Below, in pieces: positions 19,364 through 29,171 of a stretch of DNA of 64,000 nucleotides (the stretch's first letter is position 1; each line of letters starts with the position of its first letter). The stretch is taken from NCBI GenBank assembly GCA_965279375.1, contig OZ257156.1, positions 3,584,001 through 3,648,000 of the forward strand, written 5' to 3'. Both the position numbers and the translations under genes were made by a program. A model generated the notes under the pieces. The model was given only the letters and a program-made list of their open reading frames with translations. It made no database searches and was not told where the DNA came from. This DNA comes from Gemmatimonas sp. (lineage in GTDB: Bacteria; Gemmatimonadota; Gemmatimonadetes; Gemmatimonadales; Gemmatimonadaceae).

Positions 19364-20334
19364 GCAAGCGGCTCACCGTAGGCATGCTGCACGAGCGGAT
19401 GAAGGACCCGCTCGAACTCGAGTTACTCGGACCGGCCACCGGTCTAGACCGCGAGATCACGAGCCCCGAGGCATCCAGCCCGGGGCTCGTCCTCGCCGGT
19501 TACATCAATCGGTTTCCCTACCAGCGCATCCAGGTCCTCGGCGAAACCGAGATCAGCTACCTGCAGTCGGTCACCGACACGCAGCGCCGCGACAATCTCG
19601 AGCAGTTCTTCGGATTCCCCATTCCGTGTGCCTTCATCACGAAGGCGCTCGAGCCACCGGAACCGCTGCTCGCACTCGCTGAAGCCGCTGGCGTCCCTGT
19701 TCTCCGCTCGCGACTCAAGACGGCGGAGTTCTATCGGCTCATGAAGCCGTATCTCGCCGACCAGTTCGCGCCCACCACCACGCTGCATGGCTCCCTCGCT
19801 GACGTATACGGCGTCGGGGTGTTCTTCACCGGCAAGAGCGGCATCGGCAAGTCGGAATGCGTGCTCGATCTCGTCGAACGGGGCCATCGTTTGGTGGCCG
19901 ATGATCTCGTCTTCGCGTCGCGCCGCGGCAACGATGTCCTGATCGGCAAGGGACACGAGCTGCAGCGCCATTTCATGGAGATACGCGGCGTCGGCCTGCT
20001 CGACATCCCGGCCATCTTCGGTATCCACGCGGTGCGTCAGCAGAAACGCATCGAGGTGGTGGTGGTGCTGGAAGAGTGGGACGGCGAGGCCCACGTGGAG
20101 CGCACCGGACTCGATGTGCAGACGACCAACATTCTCGGCGTCGAGATCCCGCGGATCACCGTGAATCTGAATCCCGGCAAGAACATCACGGTGATCGCTG
20201 AAGTCATCGCCATGAATCATCTTCTGCGCTACTATCGAGGGTACGATAGCGCGACGGCGTTCAACGAACGGCTCATCGGCCAGATGCGTCGGAACGCCGA
20301 CGTGGAGAGTTACCTGCAGGAGGATGACGAGTAG
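19360..20334 (+). CDS. hprK: HPr kinase/phosphorylase
   Basis: LHGSLADVYGVG, GKSGIGKSE, GHRLVADD, MEIRGVG. Confidence 0.96.
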   Translation: MSKRLTVGMLHERMKDPLELELLGPATGLDREITSPEASSPGLVLAGYINRFPYQRIQVLGETEISYLQSVTDTQRRDNLEQFFGFPIPCAFITKALEPPEPLLALAEAAGVPVLRSRLKTAEFYRLMKPYLADQFAPTTTLHGSLADVYGVGVFFTGKSGIGKSECVLDLVERGHRLVADDLVFASRRGNDVLIGKGHELQRHFMEIRGVGLLDIPAIFGIHAVRQQKRIEVVVVLEEWDGEAHVERTGLDVQTTNILGVEIPRITVNLNPGKNITVIAEVIAMNHLLRYYRGYDSATAFNERLIGQMRRNADVESYLQEDDE

Positions 20335-20732
20335 TGAACAGCGTTGGCGCAACATCGACGGTCCGCGCGATCGTGGCTGGGCACGGGTCGTTTGCTTCCG
20401 GCGTGATCTCGGCGGTCGAACAGATCACGGGGCGCGGTGACGTCTTCATCGCGATCTCCAATGCCGGCCTCTGTCTCGACGACATTCAGCAAACGTTGGC
20501 GAACGCGCTTGACGAGACGGGTGCGCGCGTGATCTTCACCGATCTGCCCGCCGGCAGCTGCACCATGGCGGTGCGCCGACTCGTGCGCGCGCGTCCGGGG
20601 GTCGTGCTGATTACCGGCATCAACCTCTCCCTCCTGCTCGACTTCGCCATGCAAGACGACATCGATCCCGTCCTGGCAGCGCACGCAGCGCTGGAGCGTG
20701 GTCGCGCGTCGATGGTGGCGCACGGAGCCTGA
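20334..20732 (+). CDS. PTS mannose/sorbose-family EIIA
   Basis: IVAGHG (phospho-His), TDLPAGS, TGINL. Confidence 0.88.
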   Translation: MNSVGATSTVRAIVAGHGSFASGVISAVEQITGRGDVFIAISNAGLCLDDIQQTLANALDETGARVIFTDLPAGSCTMAVRRLVRARPGVVLITGINLSLLLDFAMQDDIDPVLAAHAALERGRASMVAHGA

Positions 20733-20736
20733 CCCG

Positions 20737-21231
20737 ATGCCGATTGCGCTCTATCGCATCGACGACCGGCTGATCCACGGGCAGGTGGTTGTCGGCTGGG
20801 GACAGCCGCTCAATTTGCGTTTCATCGTGCTCGTCGACGACGAGGTCGCGGAAAGCGAATGGGAGCAGGAGCTCTATCGCATGGGCGTGCCGCCGGACAT
20901 GTCGGTGTACTTCCACAGCGTGACCGCCGCCGCCGAGCTTCTCGCGACGTATCAGGCCGATGCCCGCCCTGGAATCGTGCTCACGGGTGACATCGGTACG
21001 ATGACGCGACTGGTCGACGCCGCCGGTGGCAGCATTCATGCGGTCAACGTGGGCGGTGTGCACCACTCGCCCGGCCGTGCCCCGCGCCTGCGCTACGTGT
21101 TCCTCACGGCTGCGGAAGAGCAGGGGCTCCGCGCGATCGCACAACGCGGCGTAGACGTGTCTGCGCAGGATGTCCCGGGCGCCCGACCCGTGCCGCTCGA
21201 CGAGCTGCTCGGCGCCACCCTCGACGCGTGA
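20737..21231 (+). CDS. PTS mannose/sorbose-family EIIB
   Basis: RIDDRLIHGQVV, VNVGG. Confidence 0.93.
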   Translation: MPIALYRIDDRLIHGQVVVGWGQPLNLRFIVLVDDEVAESEWEQELYRMGVPPDMSVYFHSVTAAAELLATYQADARPGIVLTGDIGTMTRLVDAAGGSIHAVNVGGVHHSPGRAPRLRYVFLTAAEEQGLRAIAQRGVDVSAQDVPGARPVPLDELLGATLDA

Positions 21232-21279
21232 GCGAACCGGGGATGTCATTCGCGCAGCGCCGCGTACGGCGCGGCCACC

Positions 21280-21990
21280 ATGCCTGAGCTGTCGGGGCTC
21301 ATCGAGCTGCTGCCGCTGGCCATGTTGGCCGGGCTGTTCGGACTCGATGTGGTGAGCTTCCCGCAGGCCATGATCTCGCGGCCGATCGTCGCCGCGACGA
21401 TCGGAGGGGCGTTCTTCGGGGCACCGGTCGCCGGACTGGTCTGCGGCGTCGCGCTCGAATGTCTGGCGCTGGAGTCGCTACCCGTCGGCGCGTCCCGGTA
21501 TCCGGAATGGGGGAGCGCATCCATCGTCGCTGGTGCGCTCGCCGCGCGCGGCGCCACCGGGTCCTCGATGCCGCTCGCTGGAGCGCTCGCGGTCGCCGTC
21601 GCGATCGGTATCGCGACCGCATGGCTCGGCGGCTGGACGATGGTGCGTCATCGCCAGCTCATTGCCTCGTTCGCGCGGCCGCGGCTCGATCAGCTGGCGG
21701 CGGGCAATCGCAACACGGTCGTGGGACTGCAGGTGTTCGGCATGACGGCTGACTTGGCGCGCGGTGCTTTGCTGGGCGTGCTCGTCTACGTCCCGTCGCG
21801 TCTGGTGGTCGACTACTGCAGCACGCACTGGAACAGCAGCGACGAGACCACGCGAGCAGTGGTCGTCACCTGTGGCGCCGCGGTGGCCGCCACAGCCGTC
21901 TGGAAGGACTTCCACGCGATCAGCCTGACCCGTCGCCTGTTTCTCGCCTCGCTGGCCGTCGGGTCGCTGCTGGTGGTGCTCCGTGGCTGA
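21280..21990 (+). CDS. PTS mannose-family EIIC (membrane)
   Basis: Hydrophobic; ISRPIVA, LE...PVGA motif; position in the PTS cluster. Confidence 0.82.
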   Translation: MPELSGLIELLPLAMLAGLFGLDVVSFPQAMISRPIVAATIGGAFFGAPVAGLVCGVALECLALESLPVGASRYPEWGSASIVAGALAARGATGSSMPLAGALAVAVAIGIATAWLGGWTMVRHRQLIASFARPRLDQLAAGNRNTVVGLQVFGMTADLARGALLGVLVYVPSRLVVDYCSTHWNSSDETTRAVVVTCGAAVAATAVWKDFHAISLTRRLFLASLAVGSLLVVLRG

Positions 21991-22834
21991 GCTGACGCTC
22001 ACGCCGGCCGGTCCGGACGGGGCCGCCCCTGGGCCGGCGTCGAGTGGCTTGGGTGCGTCCTCCGGGCTGTCCTCAGGGCCCGAACTGGACACACGGACTC
22101 GCGTCGCGATGTTCCTCCGCTGCCTCGCGGTCCAGGGGTCGTGGAACTACGAGATCCTCATCGGCAACGGCATCGGCTTCTGCGTCGAACCAGCGCTGCG
22201 CCGGCTGGAGGGTGGCCCCGACGGCGTCGCCTATCGACAGGCACTGGCGAGGCAATGCGCCTATTTCAACGCGCATCCATATCTGGCGGGGCTGGCCGTG
22301 GGTGCACTGGCTCGGGCCGAGGTGGATCAGGTCGCGGCCGCCCGCATCGAGCGGTTCCGGACGGCCCTCTGCGGCCCGCTCGGCAGCGTGGGCGACCGGC
22401 TGGTGTGGGCGTCGTGGCTTCCGGCCTGCTCCCTGCTGGGGCTGCTGTTCTTTGGCGCAGGACTGCCCGCAGTCGGGGTCGTGCTCGGTTTTCTGGTCGT
22501 GTACAACCTGGGGCATCTGGCGCTGCGCGATTGGGCGCTGAGAGCCGGCTGGCGTCATGGGATGCGCGTGGCCACGGCGCTTGGGCACCCCGTATTGCAG
22601 CACGGTCCCCACTACATTGGACGAGCGGCCGCAGTGCTGGGTGGTCTCGCCCTTCCGTTGGCGGCGCACCGTGTGCTCGGGGGCGGCAACCCGTTCGCCG
22701 CTGCGCCGATGGCGGTCACAATCTTCACGCCGTTGCTGGCAGTCCTCCTCGTGCGGTTGCACGGTCGCGCCGAGGGGTGGCGCGTGGTGCTGATCGTTCT
22801 GGCGGTGTTTGTCTTCTACTCGGTGGTCCGTTGA
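21983..22834 (+). CDS. PTS mannose-family EIID (membrane)
   Basis: QGSWNYE, FNAHPY, GPLGSVGDRLVW. Confidence 0.9.
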   Translation: MAELTLTPAGPDGAAPGPASSGLGASSGLSSGPELDTRTRVAMFLRCLAVQGSWNYEILIGNGIGFCVEPALRRLEGGPDGVAYRQALARQCAYFNAHPYLAGLAVGALARAEVDQVAAARIERFRTALCGPLGSVGDRLVWASWLPACSLLGLLFFGAGLPAVGVVLGFLVVYNLGHLALRDWALRAGWRHGMRVATALGHPVLQHGPHYIGRAAAVLGGLALPLAAHRVLGGGNPFAAAPMAVTIFTPLLAVLLVRLHGRAEGWRVVLIVLAVFVFYSVVR

Positions 22835-23100
22835 TGGCTGAGCGATCCGTTCAAATCGTAAACAAGCACGGCTTGCATGCGCGCCCCGCGGCCGAGATGG
22901 TCAAGGCGGCGTCCCGCTTCAAGAGTGACATCACGATCTCTCGTGACGATCTCGAAGTGAACGGGAAGAGCATCATGGGCGTGATGATGCTGGCCGCCGA
23001 GTACGGCGCGACCATCACGTTGCGCGCAACCGGCCCCGACGCGGATGACGCGCTCGACGCGCTGGCCACGCTCGTGGCTGCCCGCTTCGGAGAGACGTAG
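22834..23100 (+). CDS. ptsH: Phosphocarrier protein HPr
   Basis: GLHARPAA (His15) and GKSIMG (Ser46). Confidence 0.96.
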   Translation: MAERSVQIVNKHGLHARPAAEMVKAASRFKSDITISRDDLEVNGKSIMGVMMLAAEYGATITLRATGPDADDALDALATLVAARFGET

Positions 23101-24872
23101 TGCTTTCGGTCCTCCGCGGAATTCCGGCGTCGCCGGGCATTGTTGTCGGTCCGGTGCATCTCCTGCGGTGGGAGGTGCCCGAGGTTCGACAGCGGCTCAT
23201 CGACGACGCGGACATCCCCGCGGAGATCGACCGGCTGCAATCGGCTTTCAGCAAGGCGCGCGATCGCTTGCGGCACCTGCGTTCGCGCGCGGAAGTGCAG
23301 GCAGGCCCCGAAGAAGCGGCCATCTTCGACGTGCAACTCTCCATCCTCGACGACGCCGAACTCTCGACGAGCGTCGAGGCGCTCATTCGGCAGAATCTGG
23401 GCGCGGAAAAGGCGTTCGACCTGATCCTGCTCGAGTGGCGTCAGCACTTCGCACGACACAGCGCGCCAATGCTGCGCGAGCGCGTGGGCGATCTCACGGA
23501 CGTGCATATCCGCGTCCTGTCGATCCTGCTCGATCTGCCCGATCACGATCCGGTGGACGTGCCCCGCGGGGCCAACGCGATCCTGGTCACGCACGACCTG
23601 ACACCGTCGCTCACGCTGCAACTCGATCGCGAGTGCATCGCCGCCATCGCCACGGATGCCGGCACTGCGACGGCGCACGTCGCCATTCTCGCGCGCTCGC
23701 TTGGCCTGCCCGCCGTCGTTGGTCTGCGCAAGGCGACGAGCTATCTCAAGGGCGGCGAACTCGCCATCCTCGACGGCGCGGAGGGGACGCTCACTATCGC
23801 CCCCACCGACGGAGAAGTCGCCGACGCGCGGCAGCGTCTCGCTGATGAAGCCGGCCGCGCTGATCAGCTCCGCGAACTCGCGCTCAGCGATCCGGTCACG
23901 CAGGATGGCGAGCGGGTCACGCTCGTCGCCAACGTGGATATCCCTGAGGAGTCGGAGCTCGCGGCGGATAGCGGCGCCGAAGGCGTGGGCCTCATGCGCA
24001 CCGAGTTCCTCGTCGTCGGGCGCGCCAATATGCCAGACGAAGACGAGCAATTTCGTGCCTACAAGCGCGTGCTGCAGGCGTTCGGCTCGCGCCCCGTCAC
24101 GATCCGCACGTTCGATGTGGGTGGCGACAAACTGCCGTTGGGCGGCTTCCCCAGTGAGGCCAACCCGTTCCTTGGCTGGCGCGCCATCCGCATGTGCCTC
24201 GACGAGAGCGAGCTGTTCAAGGTGCAGCTCCGTGCGCTCATGCGCGCGGCCGTGCACGGGGACCTGCGCATCATGCTGCCGCTCATCGTCACCGTGGACG
24301 AAGTCCGCGAGACGCGTCAACTCATGCAGGAAGCGGTGCAGGAACTCTCCGAGCGGAGCGTGCCGTTCCGCGCCGATGTGCCGCTGGGAGTGATGGTCGA
24401 GACACCGGCCGCTGCGATCGCGGCGGACACGCTCGTCCGCGACGTCGATTTCTTCAGCATCGGCTCCAACGATCTGGTGCAGTACACGCTGGCCGTCGAT
24501 CGCGGCAACGCCAACCTTGCGCCTCGCTTCACGCCGTTGCATCCCGCGGTCCTGCGGCTGATCGCGCAGGTGCAATCCACCGGCGCGGCGCACGGCATCG
24601 AGGTGTGCGTCTGCGGTGAGATGGCCTCGCAGTCGCTCGCCATCTTTGCCATGCTCGGCCTGGGCATCCGGCAGCTCAGCGTGGCTCCGCGTGGCGTTGC
24701 GGAGGTGAAGCGCGTCATACGTGGCGTGCGCATTTCCGCGGCGGTCGATGCGGCCAAGGCGGCGCTCGCGGCAGGAACCGCGCGTGAAGTCGAGACGCTG
24801 TTGCGTCGTCGGCTGCGCGCGGAGTTGGAGTTGCACGAGCCCTCGGGCAGCGGGTTGCCCACCTTGCTATAG
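23100..24872 (+). CDS. ptsI: PEP-protein phosphotransferase (PTS enzyme I)
   Basis: TAHVAILAR, GVGLMRTEF, EANPFLGWRAIR, SIGSNDL.QY, VCGEMA; no N-terminal GAF domain. Confidence 0.96.
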   Translation: MLSVLRGIPASPGIVVGPVHLLRWEVPEVRQRLIDDADIPAEIDRLQSAFSKARDRLRHLRSRAEVQAGPEEAAIFDVQLSILDDAELSTSVEALIRQNLGAEKAFDLILLEWRQHFARHSAPMLRERVGDLTDVHIRVLSILLDLPDHDPVDVPRGANAILVTHDLTPSLTLQLDRECIAAIATDAGTATAHVAILARSLGLPAVVGLRKATSYLKGGELAILDGAEGTLTIAPTDGEVADARQRLADEAGRADQLRELALSDPVTQDGERVTLVANVDIPEESELAADSGAEGVGLMRTEFLVVGRANMPDEDEQFRAYKRVLQAFGSRPVTIRTFDVGGDKLPLGGFPSEANPFLGWRAIRMCLDESELFKVQLRALMRAAVHGDLRIMLPLIVTVDEVRETRQLMQEAVQELSERSVPFRADVPLGVMVETPAAAIAADTLVRDVDFFSIGSNDLVQYTLAVDRGNANLAPRFTPLHPAVLRLIAQVQSTGAAHGIEVCVCGEMASQSLAIFAMLGLGIRQLSVAPRGVAEVKRVIRGVRISAAVDAAKAALAAGTAREVETLLRRRLRAELELHEPSGSGLPTLL

Positions 24873-24889
24873 CGGACTAGTCTAGTCCG
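24855..24889 (+). promoter_or_regulatory. Putative metK promoter with overlapping palindromic operator
   Basis: TTGCCC-N17-TAGTCT; perfect inverted repeat CGGACTAG-T-CTAGTCCG at 24873-24889. Confidence 0.45.
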
Positions 24890-24924
24890 TTACCCTTTCT
24901 TCTCCTCCCAACCAAGAGCGCTGC

Positions 24925-26097
24925 GTGGCCGAACGTCACCTCTTTACCTCGGAGTCCGTGACCGAGGGACATCCGGACAAGATCGCCGACCAGATTTCCG
25001 ACGCCATTCTCGACGCCATCCTCGAGAAGGATGCGGCGGCGCGCGTGGCGTGTGAGACGCTGGTTACCACGGGACTCGTCGTCATCGCCGGCGAAATCAC
25101 CACCTCGGCGTATGTCTCGTTCCCGGATGTGGTCCGGAAGACGATCGAGGGCATCGGCTACACCGACGCGACGTTCGGCTTCGACAACAAGACGTGCGCC
25201 GTCATGAGCACCATCGACGCGCAGTCGCCCGACATCGCTCAGGGCGTCGACACGGGCGGTGCAGGCGATCAGGGAATGATGTTCGGGTACGCGACGGACG
25301 AAACGCCGGAGCTGATGCCGCTCCCGATTCAGCTCGCGCACAAGCTCACGCACCAGCTCTCCGCTCTGCGCAAGGACGGAGCGCTTCCCTGGCTGCGTCC
25401 CGACGGCAAGGCGCAGGTCAGCGTGGTGTACGAGGACTCTCTTCCGATCGCGGTCGATACCGTGGTGGTCTCGACGCAGCACGGCGAGTCCATCGCCAAC
25501 ACCAAGCTGCGCAAGGCGATTCTCGAGGACGTGATTCTCGCCAGCATCCCCGAGGAGTTCCGCGGCAAGAAGCTCAAGACGCACATCAACCCCACGGGCC
25601 GCTTCGTCATCGGCGGACCGCAGGGCGACGCCGGGCTCACGGGTCGCAAGATCATCGTGGACACCTACGGCGGCATGGGGCGTCATGGCGGCGGCGCGTT
25701 CAGCGGCAAGGATCCCAGCAAGGTGGATCGTTCGGCGTGCTACGCAGCCCGCTGGGTCGCGAAGAACATCGTCGCCGCCAAGCTGGCCAAGCGTTGTGAA
25801 GTACAGGTGGCGTACGCCATCGGTGTCGCGGAGCCGGTGTCGGTGTACGTGCAGACGTTCGGCACGGGCAGCGTCCCGGATCGCGTCATTGAAGCCGCTG
25901 TCAACGAGGTGTTCGACCTCACCCCGCGTGGCATCTCGCGCGATCTCGACCTGCGCAAGCCGATCTATCAGGCGACGGCGGCGTACGGGCATTTTGGACG
26001 CACGCCGGAGACGGTCGGCCGCGGCAAGTCTGCCAAGACCTACTTTACGTGGGAGCGGACCGATCGCGTTGCCGCGCTGAAGCGCGCGATTCGCTGA
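24925..26097 (+). CDS. metK: S-adenosylmethionine synthetase
   Basis: [35 protein letters not shown]. Confidence 0.98.
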   Translation: MAERHLFTSESVTEGHPDKIADQISDAILDAILEKDAAARVACETLVTTGLVVIAGEITTSAYVSFPDVVRKTIEGIGYTDATFGFDNKTCAVMSTIDAQSPDIAQGVDTGGAGDQGMMFGYATDETPELMPLPIQLAHKLTHQLSALRKDGALPWLRPDGKAQVSVVYEDSLPIAVDTVVVSTQHGESIANTKLRKAILEDVILASIPEEFRGKKLKTHINPTGRFVIGGPQGDAGLTGRKIIVDTYGGMGRHGGGAFSGKDPSKVDRSACYAARWVAKNIVAAKLAKRCEVQVAYAIGVAEPVSVYVQTFGTGSVPDRVIEAAVNEVFDLTPRGISRDLDLRKPIYQATAAYGHFGRTPETVGRGKSAKTYFTWERTDRVAALKRAIR

Positions 26098-26104
26098 GTT
26101 CGTC

Positions 26105-26131
26105 CGGTGCCCGCGCGTCGCGCGGGCACCG
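26105..26131 (+). other. GC-rich hairpin after metK (possible terminator or mRNA stability element)
   Basis: CGGTGCCCGCGC-GTC-GCGCGGGCACCG; no U-tract. Confidence 0.45.
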
Positions 26132-26168
26132 CGGCCGGCTCCTGACGCCTGCGCCGAGGAAGGGAATC

Positions 26169-26684
26169 ATGGTCGAAGTCACCGTCGCGCGGCTCGGGCT
26201 CGACAGCACCTCCAACTCGTACGTCGTCATCCTGCGCGAAAAGCAGGGGCGACGTCTGCTGCCGATCTGGATCGGCCAGCCCGAAGCGGTCTCCATCGTC
26301 ATGCAGATGAATCAGGAAAAGCGCGAGCGCCCGCTCACGCACGATCTCTGCAAGCTGCTCATCGTCGCGCTCGGCGGCACGCTGCGCCGTGTATTGATCA
26401 CGCGCGTGCACCAGAGCACCTACTTCGCCGAAATGCAGCTCGAATCAGCCAAGGGCGTGGTCCACGTCGACGCGCGTCCGTCGGACAGCATTAGTATCGC
26501 GCTACGTCTCGACGCGCCGATCTTCGTGGATGAGTCGTTGCTGACGATGCCGGACGAGGATGACGATGACATCGATGGCGCATCGACCTTCACGCCGCCG
26601 CCCGCGCATGAACTCTCGGCCGAGCAGCTGAAGTCGTACCTGGCCAATCTGCGCCCCGAAGACTTCGGCAAATTCTCGCCATGA
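26169..26684 (+). CDS. Bifunctional nuclease family (DUF151) protein
   Basis: LPIWIGQPEA, RPLTHDL, DARPSDSI.IALR. Confidence 0.9.
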   Translation: MVEVTVARLGLDSTSNSYVVILREKQGRRLLPIWIGQPEAVSIVMQMNQEKRERPLTHDLCKLLIVALGGTLRRVLITRVHQSTYFAEMQLESAKGVVHVDARPSDSISIALRLDAPIFVDESLLTMPDEDDDDIDGASTFTPPPAHELSAEQLKSYLANLRPEDFGKFSP

Positions 26685-27901
26685 TGCGCATGCAGCGCTG
26701 GTTGCAACGCAGCGTGCGTGCCGCGGTGTTGGCAGTAGCACTCCCCATCGCCTTGCATGCACAGGCCAGCGGAGAGCGAACCGTCGATGGACGCGTACGC
26801 CGCCCCGTTGCGGTCAATGCGGATACGAACGGAACGGGCCCCGCCGCGAACGCGTGGGTCACGCTGCACCGGGTCGCCAAGGACAGCGCAGGTCCGCTCG
26901 ATTCTGTTCGCACCGATGCAGCGGGTCGCTATCGCATGCGCTGGCGTCCCTTCGGTGGTCCTGACGCCGTGTACTTCGCCTCGGTCACGTGGGGCGGGAT
27001 CGCGTACTTCACGGCGCCGCTGCGCACCACCAACGCCACCGGTGACGACGCCGAGATCACCGTCTTTGATACGACGACGCGCACCTTCCCGATGGCAGTG
27101 CGCGGTCGGCATCTGATTGTCGGCAAGGCGGACAGCAACAACACGCGCGCCATCATCGAAGTCTTCGAGTTGTCTAACGACAGCTTGCGTACGCTCGTTT
27201 CTGGCGAGGGGCCGGCGCCCGCGCCCACATGGAGCGTGGGCATTCCATCGGCGGCCACCGACGTGCGCGCCACCGAAGGCGAGATCTCGCCCGATGCCTT
27301 CGCGTTCAACGCGGGTCGCGTGTCGCTGTTCGCGCCACTGTCACCTGGCGTGAAGCAGGTGTCGTTCTCGTACGCGATGCCGGCAGCAAGCTTTCCGCTC
27401 GCCATCACGGCTGATCGCGGCGCCGTGGTGTTCGAGGTACTGCTCGAAGATCCAACGGGCACCGTGACTGCGCCCGGCTTCGCGGGCGTCGATCCAGTCA
27501 CCATCGAGAAGCGCAACTTCCGACGATTTCTTGCGCAGGACGTGAAAGACGGCGCACGCATCGTCATCGACGTTCCGACGCCAAAAGCGTCGGGACAGAA
27601 CCTGTACATCGCCGGTGTATTGGTCGTCATCGGTGTGATGATGCTGCTCGTGCTTGCTCGTGCCATTCAGCGTCGAGCGAGCACAGCGGCGACCGTCGCA
27701 GCGGCCGAGATGCCGGCGCGCGTGAGAACGCCGGACCCGCGGCTCGACGAACGACTCGCGCAAGAGATCTCCGCGCTCGATCTCTCCTTCTCGCAGATCG
27801 ACGCCCCCACGGATGAACAGCGAGCGCAGTACGACGTACGTCGGGCGACGCTCAAGCAAGCGTTGGCGCAAGCGCTTGCCGAGGTCAGCTCGGCGCGGTA
27901 G
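26681..27901 (+). CDS. Secreted/membrane-anchored hypothetical protein
   Basis: Signal peptide ending LHA-Q; Ig-like TDAAGRY motif; C-terminal TM followed by a helical hairpin. Confidence 0.6.
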   Translation: MMRMQRWLQRSVRAAVLAVALPIALHAQASGERTVDGRVRRPVAVNADTNGTGPAANAWVTLHRVAKDSAGPLDSVRTDAAGRYRMRWRPFGGPDAVYFASVTWGGIAYFTAPLRTTNATGDDAEITVFDTTTRTFPMAVRGRHLIVGKADSNNTRAIIEVFELSNDSLRTLVSGEGPAPAPTWSVGIPSAATDVRATEGEISPDAFAFNAGRVSLFAPLSPGVKQVSFSYAMPAASFPLAITADRGAVVFEVLLEDPTGTVTAPGFAGVDPVTIEKRNFRRFLAQDVKDGARIVIDVPTPKASGQNLYIAGVLVVIGVMMLLVLARAIQRRASTAATVAAAEMPARVRTPDPRLDERLAQEISALDLSFSQIDAPTDEQRAQYDVRRATLKQALAQALAEVSSAR

Positions 27902-27918
27902 CTTCTGCCCGTCGCACA

Positions 27919-28085
27919 CGGTGTGCGACAGACAATTGATTTCGAGCGCGGGACACGGAAGCCGGTGAAATGCCGGCGCGGCCCCGCCACTGTAACGGGC
28001 AGTCTGTACGCGACGCTCCTCATGCCACTGGTTCGTTCAACCGGGAAGGCGAGCGCTGCGGCCCGGAGCCAGGAGACGACCCACG
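27919..28085 (+). ncRNA. Cobalamin (B12) riboswitch
   Basis: CGGAAGCCGGTGAAATGCCGGCGCGGCCCCGCCACTGTAA; GCCACTG...GGGAAGG; B12 box AGCCAGGAGAC; directly upstream of btu genes. Ends approximate. Confidence 0.92.
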
Positions 28086-28196
28086 CTCATTCTCGGACGA
28101 AGACCCTCGAGGGGGGGCTCGCGCCACGTGGTGTCGCCTTTTGCAGTGCGATGACTACGCGTGCTCGGGCATCTTCTCGCAGGGAGAGGATGCCCT

Positions 28197-29171
28197 TTGT
28201 TGTTTCCGTGGACTCGAGCGCAGCGACGTGCTGCGCTGCTCATCGCGTGTGTCGCGCCCTGCGTCGTGATGTCGGCGTGCGCGACGGAGCGCGCGTCGGG
28301 CGGCTCGACTTCTGCAGACACAACCCGCGCGAGCACTGCGGCGCAGAGAGCGGCGCCTGCCGACACAGACGACTTTGGCGTGCCGTTGCCCACGGATGCG
28401 CGCTTCGCCTCGCGCGTCGTATCGCTCAATCCCACCGCGACGGAAGTGATCTTCGCTTTCGGAGCGGATTCGGCGCTCGTAGGCCGTAGTCGATGGGACG
28501 AGTTCCCCGCAGAGGCGTCGCGCATCCCCGCACTCGGTGATGGCATCAAGCCGAATGTCGAAGCGGTGCTCGCTGCGAAGCCTTCGCTCGTCGTTCTTTA
28601 TGCCACGGCCGAGAATCGCGCCGCCGCCGACGCATTTCGTCGAGCCGGCATCGCAACCATTGCACTCCGCGTCGATCGCGTGTCGCAGTTCATGTCATTG
28701 TGCGCGCGGCTCGGCGTCGCACTGGGACGTGCAGAGCGTGCCGGCGTGGTGGCGGACTCGGTGCAGCAAACGCTGGACCGCGTGCGAGCGCTGACGGCCA
28801 ACAGTCCGAAGGTGCGTGTGGTGTGGCCGCTCTGGCAATCGCCGGTACTGGTGGTCGGCGGCGGCAGCTACATCGACGAACTGCTCGAGATCGCTGGTGC
28901 GACGAACGTGTTCCACGAGATGGCCTCGCCGTCTCCGCAGGTGTCGGTGGAAGAGATCGCCAAGCGCGATCCGCAGGTCGTGATTGCGAGCGAGAAGTCA
29001 GCGAAGCAATTGCGCGCGTCGGCTGGGTGGCAGGCTGTTCGCGCCGTTCGCGAGAATCGCATCGTGATCGACGATCCCAAAGTGACGGGACGCCCGTCGG
29101 TGGTGCTGGGGATGGCGGCGGTGTCGCTCGCGCAGTTGCTCCACCCTGAACTGGCAGCGCAGCTCAAATGA
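28197..29171 (+). CDS. btuF: Cobalamin ABC transporter substrate-binding lipoprotein (BtuF-like)
   Basis: RVVSLNPTATEVIFAFGA, PNVEAVLA.KP.LV; lipobox MSAC; TTG start 7 nt after GGAGAGG (alternative 28161). Confidence 0.85.
   Translation: MLFPWTRAQRRAALLIACVAPCVVMSACATERASGGSTSADTTRASTAAQRAAPADTDDFGVPLPTDARFASRVVSLNPTATEVIFAFGADSALVGRSRWDEFPAEASRIPALGDGIKPNVEAVLAAKPSLVVLYATAENRAAADAFRRAGIATIALRVDRVSQFMSLCARLGVALGRAERAGVVADSVQQTLDRVRALTANSPKVRVVWPLWQSPVLVVGGGSYIDELLEIAGATNVFHEMASPSPQVSVEEIAKRDPQVVIASEKSAKQLRASAGWQAVRAVRENRIVIDDPKVTGRPSVVLGMAAVSLAQLLHPELAAQLK

Noticed and set aside
27923..28489. 188-aa ORF across the btuF leader
   Set aside because: It overlaps the cobalamin riboswitch and btuF out of frame and has no protein-like features.
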